Source: Candidatus Aminicenantales bacterium
GTDB taxonomy: Bacteria; Acidobacteriota; Aminicenantia; Aminicenantales; Saccharicenantaceae
Direction: 5' to 3'
DNA length: 64,000 nucleotides
Assembly (NCBI GenBank): GCA_050015275.1
Contig: JBEKBS010000006.1
Span: 2,733 to 66,732, forward strand
Positions 38,481-47,790 of the stretch are shown here, in pieces. A program made the translations under genes and the position numbers. The notes beneath the pieces are model-generated. The model was not told where the DNA came from and searched no databases. It saw nothing but the letters and a program-made list of their open reading frames with translations. How positions within the stretch are numbered: the stretch's first letter is position 1; each line of letters begins with the position of its first letter.

Positions 38481-39329
38481 TCAGTAGTGCGTCAGCGTCC
38501 CGTCTTTCTTGGCCTTGCGGATGGCGGCCCGGAAAGCCAGGAGGCTCAGAGGAAAGAGGACGGCATTGAAAGCCGCCAGGGCCACGATGTCCGGCAGGAT
38601 CGCGGAAAAGCCGACCGACGCGAGAAGGCTCCGCCTCATCCCGTTGAGGGAGTAGGTCACGGGCAGGAGGAACGAAGCCCAGCGGATCCAGGCCGGGAGG
38701 ATGGCGACCGGGAAAACCATCCCGCCCAGCAGCCCCGAAACGCTCCCGAAAAACCAGCTCAGCGGGTTCCCCATCTTGTAGACGAGGATGAAGCTCGCCG
38801 AGAGGATGCCGAGGCTCAGGAAACAGACGGCGGTCAGGAGAAAAACGGCCAGGACGCCCGGCCAGTTCACCTGCCCGAGCTTCATCCCGAATATCGCCAG
38901 GGCCAGGACGAGATGGAGCACGGTCCGGAAGCTCTGGAAGGCCAGGGGGTAGAGGGACGACCCCAGGAGAACCGTCGGGACGGACGTCTGGGTCACGAGA
39001 AGGGCTTCGAGCGTCCCTGAGGTCTGGGCGCTCCGGATGACAGCCGGCAGCCCTTCCTGGAAAATGCCGAGGAGGCTCGAAAAAGCCACGCCGACGACAG
39101 CGAAGGAAAAGTAATCGCCGCCGAACGGGGCCAGGGCCGGGTTCGCCGGGGAGATGAGCTTGGCCACGAAAAAGAACGTGGCCGTGGAGAGGAAGATGCC
39201 GACCAGGGAATAGACGAACGAGAACTTATAGGTCAGGGCCTCGCGGATGTCCCGCCGGAGAAAGGCCAGGAGCTTCCCGAAAAAAAGCCCGGCATCTTGA
39301 GCGCGGGGGGCCAGGAATTGTCCCCTCAT
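38481..39329 (-). CDS. ABC-2 type transporter permease
   Basis: Six TM segments, ABC-2 family-like. The ATG overlaps the upstream ATPase stop (ATGA). Confidence 0.75.
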   Translation of the reverse strand: MRGQFLAPRAQDAGLFFGKLLAFLRRDIREALTYKFSFVYSLVGIFLSTATFFFVAKLISPANPALAPFGGDYFSFAVVGVAFSSLLGIFQEGLPAVIRSAQTSGTLEALLVTQTSVPTVLLGSSLYPLAFQSFRTVLHLVLALAIFGMKLGQVNWPGVLAVFLLTAVCFLSLGILSASFILVYKMGNPLSWFFGSVSGLLGGMVFPVAILPAWIRWASFLLPVTYSLNGMRRSLLASVGFSAILPDIVALAAFNAVLFPLSLLAFRAAIRKAKKDGTLTHY

Positions 39330-40147
39330 GCCACAGCCTCATCGGGGCGTCCCCCGCCCCTCCGATCGGCCAGGGCCTTTTGATAAACATCCCGGAGAGG
39401 GATTTGCCCGCCCTGGGTCAGGACATCCACGGCGCCCCGGACCCGGATCCGGCCCTGATCGATGACCGCGATATCGTGGCCGAAATCGCCGGCTTCGAGG
39501 AGGTCGTGGGTTGCCCAAAAGACGGTCGTCCCCCGACCGTCCACGAGCTCCGACCTCAGGAACGTCCGGACTTTCGCGGCGGCCTGCGGGTCCAGGGAGC
39601 GCGTCGGCTCGTCGACGAACAGGATCTCGGCGTCCGCAAGCAGGGCCCGGGCGAAAGCCAGCATCTGGCGCATGCCCGTGGAATAGGCGTTGAACCTCAG
39701 GTCGGCGGCGGACTCCAGGCCGGTGAGGCCCAGGACGTCGGCGATCTTGCCGGCCAGCCGGGCCCCGCGGAGCCCGTTGAGGGCGCCGAAGAACTCAAGG
39801 TTCTGCCGGCCGGTGAGCCTCCAATAGAAGCTCCTCTCGTCGTTGATCGCGTAGCCGATGGCGCGCCGGACGGCGGCGGGGGATCTTTCGGCGTCGTGGC
39901 CGCCGACGGTCGCCGTTCCCCCGTCGGGGAGGACAAGCGTCGTCAGGATCTTGATGAGGGTCGTCTTGCCGGCGCCGTTCGGCCCGAGCAGGCAGAAGGA
40001 GCGGCCCGGTTCGACCTGGAGGCTGACCCCGTCGAGGGCCGTCCTGGTCCGCCGCTTCAGAGGATGGCGGACGAGCTCGCGGAACCCGCCGATGACGGGA
40101 TAGCGCTTGACCAGGTTTTCGACCAGGATCGCCGGGGCGTCGCTCAT
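39326..40147 (-). CDS. ABC transporter ATP-binding protein
   Basis: Start trimmed to MSDAPAILVENLVKRYP. Walker A (GPNGAGKTTLIKIL), signature (YSTGMRQMLAFA) and Walker B (ILFVDEPTRSLD). The ATG overlaps the NTase gene stop (ATGA). Confidence 0.85.
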   Translation of the reverse strand: MSDAPAILVENLVKRYPVIGGFRELVRHPLKRRTRTALDGVSLQVEPGRSFCLLGPNGAGKTTLIKILTTLVLPDGGTATVGGHDAERSPAAVRRAIGYAINDERSFYWRLTGRQNLEFFGALNGLRGARLAGKIADVLGLTGLESAADLRFNAYSTGMRQMLAFARALLADAEILFVDEPTRSLDPQAAAKVRTFLRSELVDGRGTTVFWATHDLLEAGDFGHDIAVIDQGRIRVRGAVDVLTQGGQIPLRDVYQKALADRRGGGRPDEAVA

Positions 40148-41328
40148 GGGATATTCACTATACGCCGGACGGCCAGCCCGACCGGTTTCGAAAGCCGCCG
40201 GGCATAATGATAATAGATCAGGGGCGAGTTTTCCGGGACCCCGCTGGCCCGTGCCAGCCAGTGACGGGGCGGAAAAAGAACGCCGGCCAATGTCCGGACG
40301 GCCAGGCCGGGCGACCCTCTTTCCCAAAGAGAAAAAAACGATGGCATGTCATAGGGCCATGGGAGGGTCGTTAGCCTGCTCGCGACGGAAGCTTCCGGCC
40401 AGAAAAATCGGAGGACCGCTCTTTGGAGAGCCCCGGGCCGGAGCTTCGATAGGATCTCCCGCGGGAGGGAGCCGGGCCAGAGCTCTTCCGCGAGCCGGAG
40501 TCCATGGTAGACGGAGGCGCGGATCCTGAGCGAACCGCAGACACCGAGGACCCCGTCCCAGTCAAGGCCGGGCCTGGAGGCCAGCTCCGCGATGTCCGCG
40601 AGCCAGATCAATTTTTGATAGGAATGCTGCTGGGCGTGGAGGCAGAGGTAGCAGAGTTCGCTCTCGGGCGAGAGGACCGGGACCTCGGTCCCGAAGATGG
40701 GGATGGGGGCCGTCGTCATCGCCTCCATCGGCTCGGGCCCCAAGGGAAAATGGAGTCCGAGGACGCTGAGATGGAATTCCAGGACCAGACCGCCCCGCCG
40801 GAAATACGGCGAATAAGCCCGGTCGGGGTCGCCGGCCGCAAGCCCGGCGCCGGTCCCGGGCTCGGGCGTCTCCTCGAAGCCCTGCTCGTCCAGGGTCTTC
40901 TTGACCGCGGGCCAATCGGCCGGGCGGACGAAGAAGTCCACGTCCCAGAACGGCCTGAGAGCGATGTCGGGGTAGATGGTCGAGGCGAGACGCAGCCCCT
41001 TGGTGAGGACGACCTTCAGTCCTGAGTCCGTGACGGCCCGAAGGAACGGCTCGATCTCTCTTGAGAGCTGGGTGTTCCGGGCCAGGTTCCTGAGATAATG
41101 GACCTTGAGCCGCCCCAGGATGTCCGGCGGGACTTCGTCGCGCCAGTCCCTGAGGTTCCAGTAAAGGAGGGGAAGGACCCCTTCGTCGTCGGCCTTTCTA
41201 AGAAGGCGCTCCCAATCCGGCCCGGAGTCCAAAAGGCGACGGACCTCGGGCCGGGTCCCGAGCCCGGGCTTCGGACGCGAGCAGAGGACGAGCAAACGCG
41301 CGGCGCGGCTGGCTTCAAGAGATTTCAT
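40144..41328 (-). CDS. uncharacterised nucleotidyltransferase-family protein (NTP_transf_5-like, Pol-beta fold)
   Basis: GS/[DE]h[DE]h-type signature (LTKGLRLAS...FWDVDFFV). About 390 aa, the typical size for this family. It is the first gene of a three-gene overlapping operon with the ABC pair. Confidence 0.55.
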   Translation of the reverse strand: MKSLEASRAARLLVLCSRPKPGLGTRPEVRRLLDSGPDWERLLRKADDEGVLPLLYWNLRDWRDEVPPDILGRLKVHYLRNLARNTQLSREIEPFLRAVTDSGLKVVLTKGLRLASTIYPDIALRPFWDVDFFVRPADWPAVKKTLDEQGFEETPEPGTGAGLAAGDPDRAYSPYFRRGGLVLEFHLSVLGLHFPLGPEPMEAMTTAPIPIFGTEVPVLSPESELCYLCLHAQQHSYQKLIWLADIAELASRPGLDWDGVLGVCGSLRIRASVYHGLRLAEELWPGSLPREILSKLRPGALQRAVLRFFWPEASVASRLTTLPWPYDMPSFFSLWERGSPGLAVRTLAGVLFPPRHWLARASGVPENSPLIYYHYARRLSKPVGLAVRRIVNIP

Positions 41329-41362
41329 GAGAGGAAAGGCGCGGGCCGGGTCGAGGGCCCGG

Positions 41363-42157
41363 TCAACGCTTAATCTTCGTCGGCTGGGTCGGGGTCACCG
41401 GCTCTTCTTCCTCGATCGTCACCAGGGCGGCGCTGCCGGCTACGATGGCGGCAAGCCCGAGCGGCGCCAGGAACAGGGGCGGAACGCCCCTCTTGCAGAC
41501 AACGTAAACGCCGTCACCCGCCGCGCAGGGCCGGGCGACCGGGATCATGGCCTGCTGCCCGGACAAGGCCCGCTTGACGCCGGCCCCCTGGACCCGCAGG
41601 CGCCTGACGTCCTGGGAGAAATTGGTGACAGCTCCCTTGATCCGGACCCGGTCGCCGACCTGCAGGAGTCCCCGTTCGATGAGGACCATGGCCTCCCTGT
41701 TCTGCGGGGCGTAGGTCACGACCCTGCCCACCCGGGATTCGCCGTGCTCCTTCTCCTCCCTGGCCACGGCCCGGGCCGCTTCGATGGAATCGCGGCCGTA
41801 GGGGTCCAGGGCGATCGAAACCTTGGCGGTCTCATCGGGCTTGATGCCGACGAGATCCTGGGAGTTGTAGCTTCCCTGCAGAGAGGTCACGCCGAGGGCA
41901 TAGATCCCCGCGTCCAGGGCGACGAACTTGAATACGCCCAGGCTGTCTGTTTTCGGGCTTTCGAAGACAGTTCCGGTCGTCAGGTTCTTGGCCACGACGA
42001 CCGCCCCGGCGACCGGGGTCGACCCGTCCCTGTCGAACAGGAAGCCGACGAGCTGGCCCTTTCCGGGCGTCTGGGGCCTCAGCAGGGGCGGGGACGAAAA
42101 AAGGGCGAAAGCGAAAAGCAGTCCCCAAGAAACGAAGGTCTTGGCACCTCGGCACAT
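41363..42157 (-). CDS. secreted protein with a carboxypeptidase-regulatory-like (CarboxypepD_reg) domain
   Basis: Signal peptide. VAGAVVVAKNLTTGTVFESPKTDSLGVFKFVALDAGIYALGV matches the transthyretin-like CarboxypepD_reg fold. Confidence 0.55.
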   Translation of the reverse strand: MCRGAKTFVSWGLLFAFALFSSPPLLRPQTPGKGQLVGFLFDRDGSTPVAGAVVVAKNLTTGTVFESPKTDSLGVFKFVALDAGIYALGVTSLQGSYNSQDLVGIKPDETAKVSIALDPYGRDSIEAARAVAREEKEHGESRVGRVVTYAPQNREAMVLIERGLLQVGDRVRIKGAVTNFSQDVRRLRVQGAGVKRALSGQQAMIPVARPCAAGDGVYVVCKRGVPPLFLAPLGLAAIVAGSAALVTIEEEEPVTPTQPTKIKR

Positions 42158-42207
42158 GGATTTCTCTTTGGCCCACCCATCATCTTAGCCGTCTCGGAAC
42201 GGGCTTG

Positions 42208-43905
42208 TCAACCTCCAGCGGGGCGGGCCTGCTGGCTGACTCTGATCAATGCGACGGGCTCGTTGACCGTCTCGAGGACGAGCGAGTTCGTCCCCGCCGC
42301 GGGCGTCACCGGGAACGACAACGTCCCGCCTTCGAAGAAGTCTTCCCGGACGACCCGCCCGTTGAAGAAAGCGGCGAGGAGAGGCCGGCTTCCCGGGCGG
42401 AGATTCTCGAAGGTGACGGTCAGTGTCAGGGGGCTTCCGTCGCAGACGAGGCCCAACCTGATGGGGACCCCTTTTTCGAGGGCCCGGCGGCCCAGGTCGA
42501 TCTCGGCGGGCGACAGGAGGGTATTGATACGCCGCCGGACTTCGGCGGTCTTCTGATCGTCGTTCAGCCGGTCGTAGCAACGCTCGAGACGGAGAAGGCC
42601 GTCCAGGTCTTCCGGCCCCACGGCGAGGGCCTTCAGGTAATATTCCTCGGCCTCGTAGATGTCGTCGAGCTTCATGTAAGAATCTCCGACGAGCCGGAGG
42701 ATCCGGGCGTAATGGGCCCGGCCGGCCTCGGGGATGATGACGGCTCCCTTCTCGACCAACTCCCCCGCCTTCGTGATGTCCCTGTACCTGTTCTGCTTGA
42801 AGTCGAGGGTCAGCTCGAAGGCCAGAGCTTGGAGGTCCCTGGGCCGCGAGGCGGACTCGTCCTTTCCCGGGAGCCCCCGCTCAGCCAGGAATTTCTCGAA
42901 TTCGCCGACGGCCAGCGGCTGGTCCTCCAGGGCAAGATAAGTTGCCAGGAAATGGTCCGGGTCGGAGAGAGACCGGGTTTTATCGACCTGGCTCTTGGCC
43001 AGGAGGAGATAGGTCGTCTTCCGGAGCTCCGTGAATTCCTTCGGGTCGATGAGCTCCTCGCGCCCGAGGGCCTGGTAGAAAGAGATGGACTCGAGGAGCC
43101 CGAGGCACGTGGACAGGCGGGCGGGGGCGTCATCGCCCTGGAAATATTCGAAGCTTCTCTGGCTTTGATCGAGCTCGCTCCGGGCCTTGAGGAAATCCAG
43201 GGACTCGGCCTTGGCCAGGGCTTTTTCTCGCGCCTCGAGGGACAGGGATTTTTCCCCGAGGAACCGGGCATAGACCCGCAGGCAGCCGGAGTCCTCCGGA
43301 AGGACCTTCTCGATCATGGCTTCGTCCTGCCCGTGGAGATACCAGACCTCGAGAAGGTCCCTGAGCTTCTCCTGGTCCTTGCCGGCCAGCATCTTCCGGA
43401 GGATGCCGAGCGTGAAGTCCCTTTCCTCCGGCCTGAGCGACTCCCCCCGTGCGAGGAGCACCTTGCCGACCTCGCCATAGATCTGGCTATTGTGGCCCGT
43501 CAGGGAGGCGGCCTTCTTGAATTCATCGAAATAGGAGACCGGGGCCGGAAGCGAGAGATAGCGCATGTACTCCAGCGACTGGGCGAGCTCGAAGTGGGCC
43601 GCGGCCGAGCCCGGATTGAGGCGCAGCCCTTCGAGGAAACAGCGGACAGACCTGGCCAGGGCGGCGTCCCGGACGTTGGGGTCGCCGAGGGATCCCGTGC
43701 CCTTATCAAAGAGGGTCTTGCCGAGCTCGAACCAAACTTGGTCGTTCCACGGATAGACCCGGCCGGCGAGCTCCAGGATCTTCTCCTTCCCGGCGGGGTC
43801 CATGGTCTCCTCTTTGGCCTGGTCGAGAAGACGGGCGTTCCAGTAAACGGCCGTCTGCACGGCGGCGATGGCGATCAGGGCGGCGATCAGGGCGGTCTTT
43901 TTCAT
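42208..43905 (-). CDS. membrane-anchored TPR-repeat protein
   Basis: Start trimmed to MKKTALIAALIAIAAVQTAV (signal anchor) with AAGGA upstream. Multiple TPR-like helical repeats follow (AAAHFELAQSLEYMRYL, EAEEYYLKALAVGPEDLDGLLRLERCY). The C-terminus is a beta-rich domain. Confidence 0.6.
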   Translation of the reverse strand: MKKTALIAALIAIAAVQTAVYWNARLLDQAKEETMDPAGKEKILELAGRVYPWNDQVWFELGKTLFDKGTGSLGDPNVRDAALARSVRCFLEGLRLNPGSAAAHFELAQSLEYMRYLSLPAPVSYFDEFKKAASLTGHNSQIYGEVGKVLLARGESLRPEERDFTLGILRKMLAGKDQEKLRDLLEVWYLHGQDEAMIEKVLPEDSGCLRVYARFLGEKSLSLEAREKALAKAESLDFLKARSELDQSQRSFEYFQGDDAPARLSTCLGLLESISFYQALGREELIDPKEFTELRKTTYLLLAKSQVDKTRSLSDPDHFLATYLALEDQPLAVGEFEKFLAERGLPGKDESASRPRDLQALAFELTLDFKQNRYRDITKAGELVEKGAVIIPEAGRAHYARILRLVGDSYMKLDDIYEAEEYYLKALAVGPEDLDGLLRLERCYDRLNDDQKTAEVRRRINTLLSPAEIDLGRRALEKGVPIRLGLVCDGSPLTLTVTFENLRPGSRPLLAAFFNGRVVREDFFEGGTLSFPVTPAAGTNSLVLETVNEPVALIRVSQQARPAGG

Positions 43906-43913
43906 CAAGGTCC

Positions 43914-45374
43914 TTAGGTTTTTCTGTGGTAGACCGCGACGAGGGTCAGAGACAGGACGGCCGTGAACAGGAGCGTGTTCGCCGGGATATGGAGGTTGAA
44001 ATCCGTGAGGGTGTGGAGCCCTATCCCAGCCAGGGAAACGATCCCACCGAGGGCGAGGCCCTTGGCCTCGGGATTCCGGCGCTTCTTCCAGACGAGGAAC
44101 GACCGGATCGCGAGGGTCAGGATCACGCCGAAAAGGAAGGCCGTCCCAACGAAACCGAGCTCGGAGAAATACTCGAGGTAATCGTTGTGGGCATGGGTCA
44201 GGAGCATCTCGGGCCCGCCCCGCTTCTCGTAGGCTGGATAGGCCGAGGCGAACGTTCCCAGCCCGGTCCCGAAAACGGGGAAATCCCGGATCATGCCCGC
44301 GACGTTGGCCCAATAGAGCGGCCTGTCCTCGTGGAGGAGGTCGTCCAGGGCGAACCGCTGGATCGTCGACCCGATGCCGATCCAAAGGGACAGGGCCAGG
44401 ATGATGAGGACCGTGGCGCGAATGAAACCCCTGACCCAGAGCTCGCGGTATCCGACGCGGCCGAAGGCGAGGACGGAAAGGCCAGTGAAGAGGAAAAAAC
44501 TGAAGACGAGGACGACGATGCCCGCCCGGGAGTTGGAACGGACGATCCCCAGGGACATGACGACGATGCTCCCGGCGATGAGCAGGTTCCCGGCGATGCC
44601 CCGGGACATCATCAGGAGGAATTTCTCCCGGATCCCCTTGACGCCGAAGGAGAAGAGGCTCATGCGGGCGATCAAGAGCCCGACGGCGAGAGGCACGATC
44701 ATCTCGAGGTAGCCGGACAGGTGGCTGCGGTTGACGAAGGTCCCGGTCACGGACTCCAGGCTGAAGACCTTCGGATAGAAAAGGATCCGCGGCTCCCCGG
44801 CCGAGAGCTCATACAGGCCGTAGAGGGACTGGAAAACCCCGCACCCGATGAGCACATAAATGATCCTCCGGATCTGGCAGGCGTGGGTGACGGTCCTGAA
44901 GATCAGGAACCCCAGGATGAAATACGCGAGGAGCTCGAGCCCCGCCTGGAGCGTCTGCGACGGCGAGACGGACAGGCTCATGAGCTTCATCCTGGCGAAC
45001 TCGGGCGCGTAGAGCTTCCGGAAGCCGTACGACCCCGGCGAGAGGAAGCGGACGGCCGCGGCCGGCAGCGGGATGACCTGGAAGACGACGAAGCCGAAGA
45101 AGCCCGCCGCGGCGTACGCCATCGGCCGGAGCGCCGCTGCCAGACGCTCGTTGAGGCGAGGCTTCGGCTCGAGGAAGACATAGGCCGCGGCCATCAGGCC
45201 CGCCGCGAGCTCGATGGCAAGGACTGACCATCCGCGGACGGAGGCGGCCGGCAGCGGGCTGAGGACGAGGAGGGCGATGAGGCCGTTCTCGATGAGCCGG
45301 CGCAGTCTGGTCCGTCGGGCGGCGACGGGCGCCGGAGGGCCCGCGGGGGGCCCGGACGGGCTCGGGTTCGCCAT
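43914..45374 (-). CDS. O-antigen ligase / Wzy_C-family polymerase-like membrane protein (copy 1)
   Basis: More than 10 TM segments. The large periplasmic loop carries Wzy_C/O-antigen ligase motifs (FGTGLGTFASAYPAYE...LLTHAHNDYLEYFSELGFVG). Confidence 0.75.
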   Translation of the reverse strand: MANPSPSGPPAGPPAPVAARRTRLRRLIENGLIALLVLSPLPAASVRGWSVLAIELAAGLMAAAYVFLEPKPRLNERLAAALRPMAYAAAGFFGFVVFQVIPLPAAAVRFLSPGSYGFRKLYAPEFARMKLMSLSVSPSQTLQAGLELLAYFILGFLIFRTVTHACQIRRIIYVLIGCGVFQSLYGLYELSAGEPRILFYPKVFSLESVTGTFVNRSHLSGYLEMIVPLAVGLLIARMSLFSFGVKGIREKFLLMMSRGIAGNLLIAGSIVVMSLGIVRSNSRAGIVVLVFSFFLFTGLSVLAFGRVGYRELWVRGFIRATVLIILALSLWIGIGSTIQRFALDDLLHEDRPLYWANVAGMIRDFPVFGTGLGTFASAYPAYEKRGGPEMLLTHAHNDYLEYFSELGFVGTAFLFGVILTLAIRSFLVWKKRRNPEAKGLALGGIVSLAGIGLHTLTDFNLHIPANTLLFTAVLSLTLVAVYHRKT

Positions 45375-45384
45375 GATGGCCTTC

Positions 45385-47748
45385 TCACTCCTCCGATCGG
45401 GGCCCCGGACCTGTCGGCTCCTTGGCCACGCCCTTGGGACCGCCGCGCTTCCGGTCGGCTCGCGGGATCTCCGTGCTCGCGGAATACTCGTATTGATAAT
45501 AATGATAATAGGGCGTGCCGAGCCCCTGCCGCCCCATCTTGACCTCGTTGAAAACGACCCCGATGATCTCGGCCTTGGCTTTCCGGACCTCGTCCACCGC
45601 CTTGCCGAGGGCCCGCCGCGTCGTCTTTCCCGCCTGGACGATGAGGACGGTGCAGTCGGCGAGGGAGCTGACGATCACCGGGTCGATGACGGCGAGGACC
45701 GGCGGAGTGTCGAGGAGCACGGTGTCGAACCGGTCCTTGACCCTGGCGAGCAGGTCCCGCATCCGCTTCGAGTTGAGGAGCTCGGCCGGGTTCGGGGGGT
45801 GCGGGCCGCTGGGGATGATCCAGATGTTCTCGATGCTCGTCTTCAGGATGGCCTCGTCGAAAGCGAACTTGCCGGTCAGGAAGCCGCTGAGCCCGCCGAG
45901 GTTCCGCGTCTGGAAGACCTTGTGGAGCCTCGGCTTGCGTAGGTCCGCGTCGATGAGGAGGACCTTGCCCTCGAGCTGGGCGAAGGAGATGGCCATGTTC
46001 GACACGGTCGCCGTCTTGCCTTCCTGCGGCATGGGGCTGGTGAAGCAGACCGTCTTCGGGGAGCTGTCGGCGTGGGAGAAAAGGATCGAGGTCCTCACCG
46101 TCCGGTAATCCTCGGCGATCGAGAACTTGGGAAAGAGGTGGTTGACGAGCTCGATCTCGGAGATGTCGGGCATGGACTCCCCCGGGGTCTCCCCTTCGGT
46201 CCCGTAGGAGTACGGGCGGTTGCCGTAGGGGGACGGCTTCCTCTTCAGCCCGTCGACGGAGAGGTATGGGATGATGCCGAGGGACGGCAGGCCGGTCAGC
46301 TTTTCGACGTCCTCAGGGCCCTTGACCGTGTTGTCGAGGTACTCGACGAGGAAGATCAGGCCCAGCCCGCCGAAAAGGCCGAGAAAGAGGGCCATCATCA
46401 GGTTCCGGCGGGTGTTCGGCGTGAAGGGGCCGCCGGGGACGAGGGCCCGGTCGACGATCTTGATGTTGCTCGTCCTCAGACCGCCGAGCTGGCTCGAGAC
46501 CTGGATCTCGTTCTGCTTGGACACCAGCGTGCTGAGGAGGCTCCGCATGTTGTCGACCTCGATCTGGAGGCTCCGGTAGAGGATGGCGTTGTTGTTCATC
46601 CGGACGACGTCGGTCCGCTGGGAATCGAGGAGGGTCTGGAGGGACCTCTCCTTGTTCAGGGCGGCCCGGTAATCGGCCTCGGCGGCGCCCACGGCTTTCC
46701 GGATCTCCCCCTGGAGCGCGTTCTTGCTGCTCTCGAGCCGGGCCTTGAGCTTGACCATCTCCGGATAGTCCGGCCGGTAGAACTTGCCCTTTTCCTCGTA
46801 ATCGGACTGGGCCTGGCTGTAAGAGGCCTTGAGGGCCTGGATGACGGGATTCGTGACCGATTCAGGCAGGGCGTTGATGTTGAGGTCCTTGAGCTCCCGG
46901 TAAAGGGCCTCCTTCTTGAAGCGGTCGATCTGGGCCTCGGTGAAGGCGGCGTTGACGTCGGAGAACTTGTTGACGACGGTGCTCTCCTTGTCGTTGAGGA
47001 ACAGGAGCTTCTTCTCCTCGCCGTATTTCTGGAGGTCCTCCTCCTTGCGCTTCAGGTCCTCGCGGAGCTGGCTGATCGTCTCGCTCAGGAACTCCGAGGT
47101 CTGCTTGGTCGCCTCGTAGCGCGTCTCCACGGAATAACGGACGAACTCCTCGACGAGAGTGTTGACGATGTCGGCGGCCAGGACGGGTTGGGACGACGTG
47201 TAGCTGACCTGGACGATCCGTGTCTCCGGGACCGGGGCGATGCCGAGGCCGTCGAGAACGGCGAACGCGTAGCTCGTCGCCGGCGGGCTGCCGGCCTCCG
47301 GCGGCGTCTCGGCCGGCTTTTCCCGTGGAAGGGCCCAGCGGAGCGAAAGGAACCCCTTGACCGCCTGGACCGGGTCCGTCCGGGAGGACCGCGCCGTCCG
47401 GAACTCCGGCCGGGACCCGAGGTCGAGCTTCTTGGCCACCCGCTCGGCCAGGGAGCGGCTGGCCAGGAGCTTGAGCTGAGTGTTGAAATACGTCCCCAGG
47501 TAGTCGGTCTGGTAATACCCGCCGGAGTTCAGGACGTCCTGGATGTTGACGAGGCTCGCGCTCGGCTCATCGATGAGGATGGTGGCCGTGGCCCGGTAGA
47601 GCGGCGTCGCTGTGAACGAGAGGACGGCCACGAAGACGACGAGGACCGAGGCGAACGTGACGAGGACCCATTTGCGTTTGATGACGATCCTCCAGTATTC
47701 GAGGATGTCGATCTCTTTCCGGTTGGCTTTGGTGTTGGTGTCCTTCAT
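45385..47748 (-). CDS. wzc: polysaccharide co-polymerase / tyrosine autokinase (Wzc/GumC-like)
   Basis: N-terminal Wzz-like TM plus coiled-coil periplasmic domain. C-terminal BY-kinase domain with Walker A (TSPMPQEGKTATVSNMAISFA) and Walker B (VLLIDADLRKP). Confidence 0.85.
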   Translation of the reverse strand: MKDTNTKANRKEIDILEYWRIVIKRKWVLVTFASVLVVFVAVLSFTATPLYRATATILIDEPSASLVNIQDVLNSGGYYQTDYLGTYFNTQLKLLASRSLAERVAKKLDLGSRPEFRTARSSRTDPVQAVKGFLSLRWALPREKPAETPPEAGSPPATSYAFAVLDGLGIAPVPETRIVQVSYTSSQPVLAADIVNTLVEEFVRYSVETRYEATKQTSEFLSETISQLREDLKRKEEDLQKYGEEKKLLFLNDKESTVVNKFSDVNAAFTEAQIDRFKKEALYRELKDLNINALPESVTNPVIQALKASYSQAQSDYEEKGKFYRPDYPEMVKLKARLESSKNALQGEIRKAVGAAEADYRAALNKERSLQTLLDSQRTDVVRMNNNAILYRSLQIEVDNMRSLLSTLVSKQNEIQVSSQLGGLRTSNIKIVDRALVPGGPFTPNTRRNLMMALFLGLFGGLGLIFLVEYLDNTVKGPEDVEKLTGLPSLGIIPYLSVDGLKRKPSPYGNRPYSYGTEGETPGESMPDISEIELVNHLFPKFSIAEDYRTVRTSILFSHADSSPKTVCFTSPMPQEGKTATVSNMAISFAQLEGKVLLIDADLRKPRLHKVFQTRNLGGLSGFLTGKFAFDEAILKTSIENIWIIPSGPHPPNPAELLNSKRMRDLLARVKDRFDTVLLDTPPVLAVIDPVIVSSLADCTVLIVQAGKTTRRALGKAVDEVRKAKAEIIGVVFNEVKMGRQGLGTPYYHYYQYEYSASTEIPRADRKRGGPKGVAKEPTGPGPRSEE

Positions 47749-47790
47749 GGTTGGCTCCCCTGGTCTTTCTTCACGGCCGGCCGGGTGGCC

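Noticed and set aside
42205..43917. 570-aa plus-strand ORF
   Set aside because: Antisense to the TPR protein gene.
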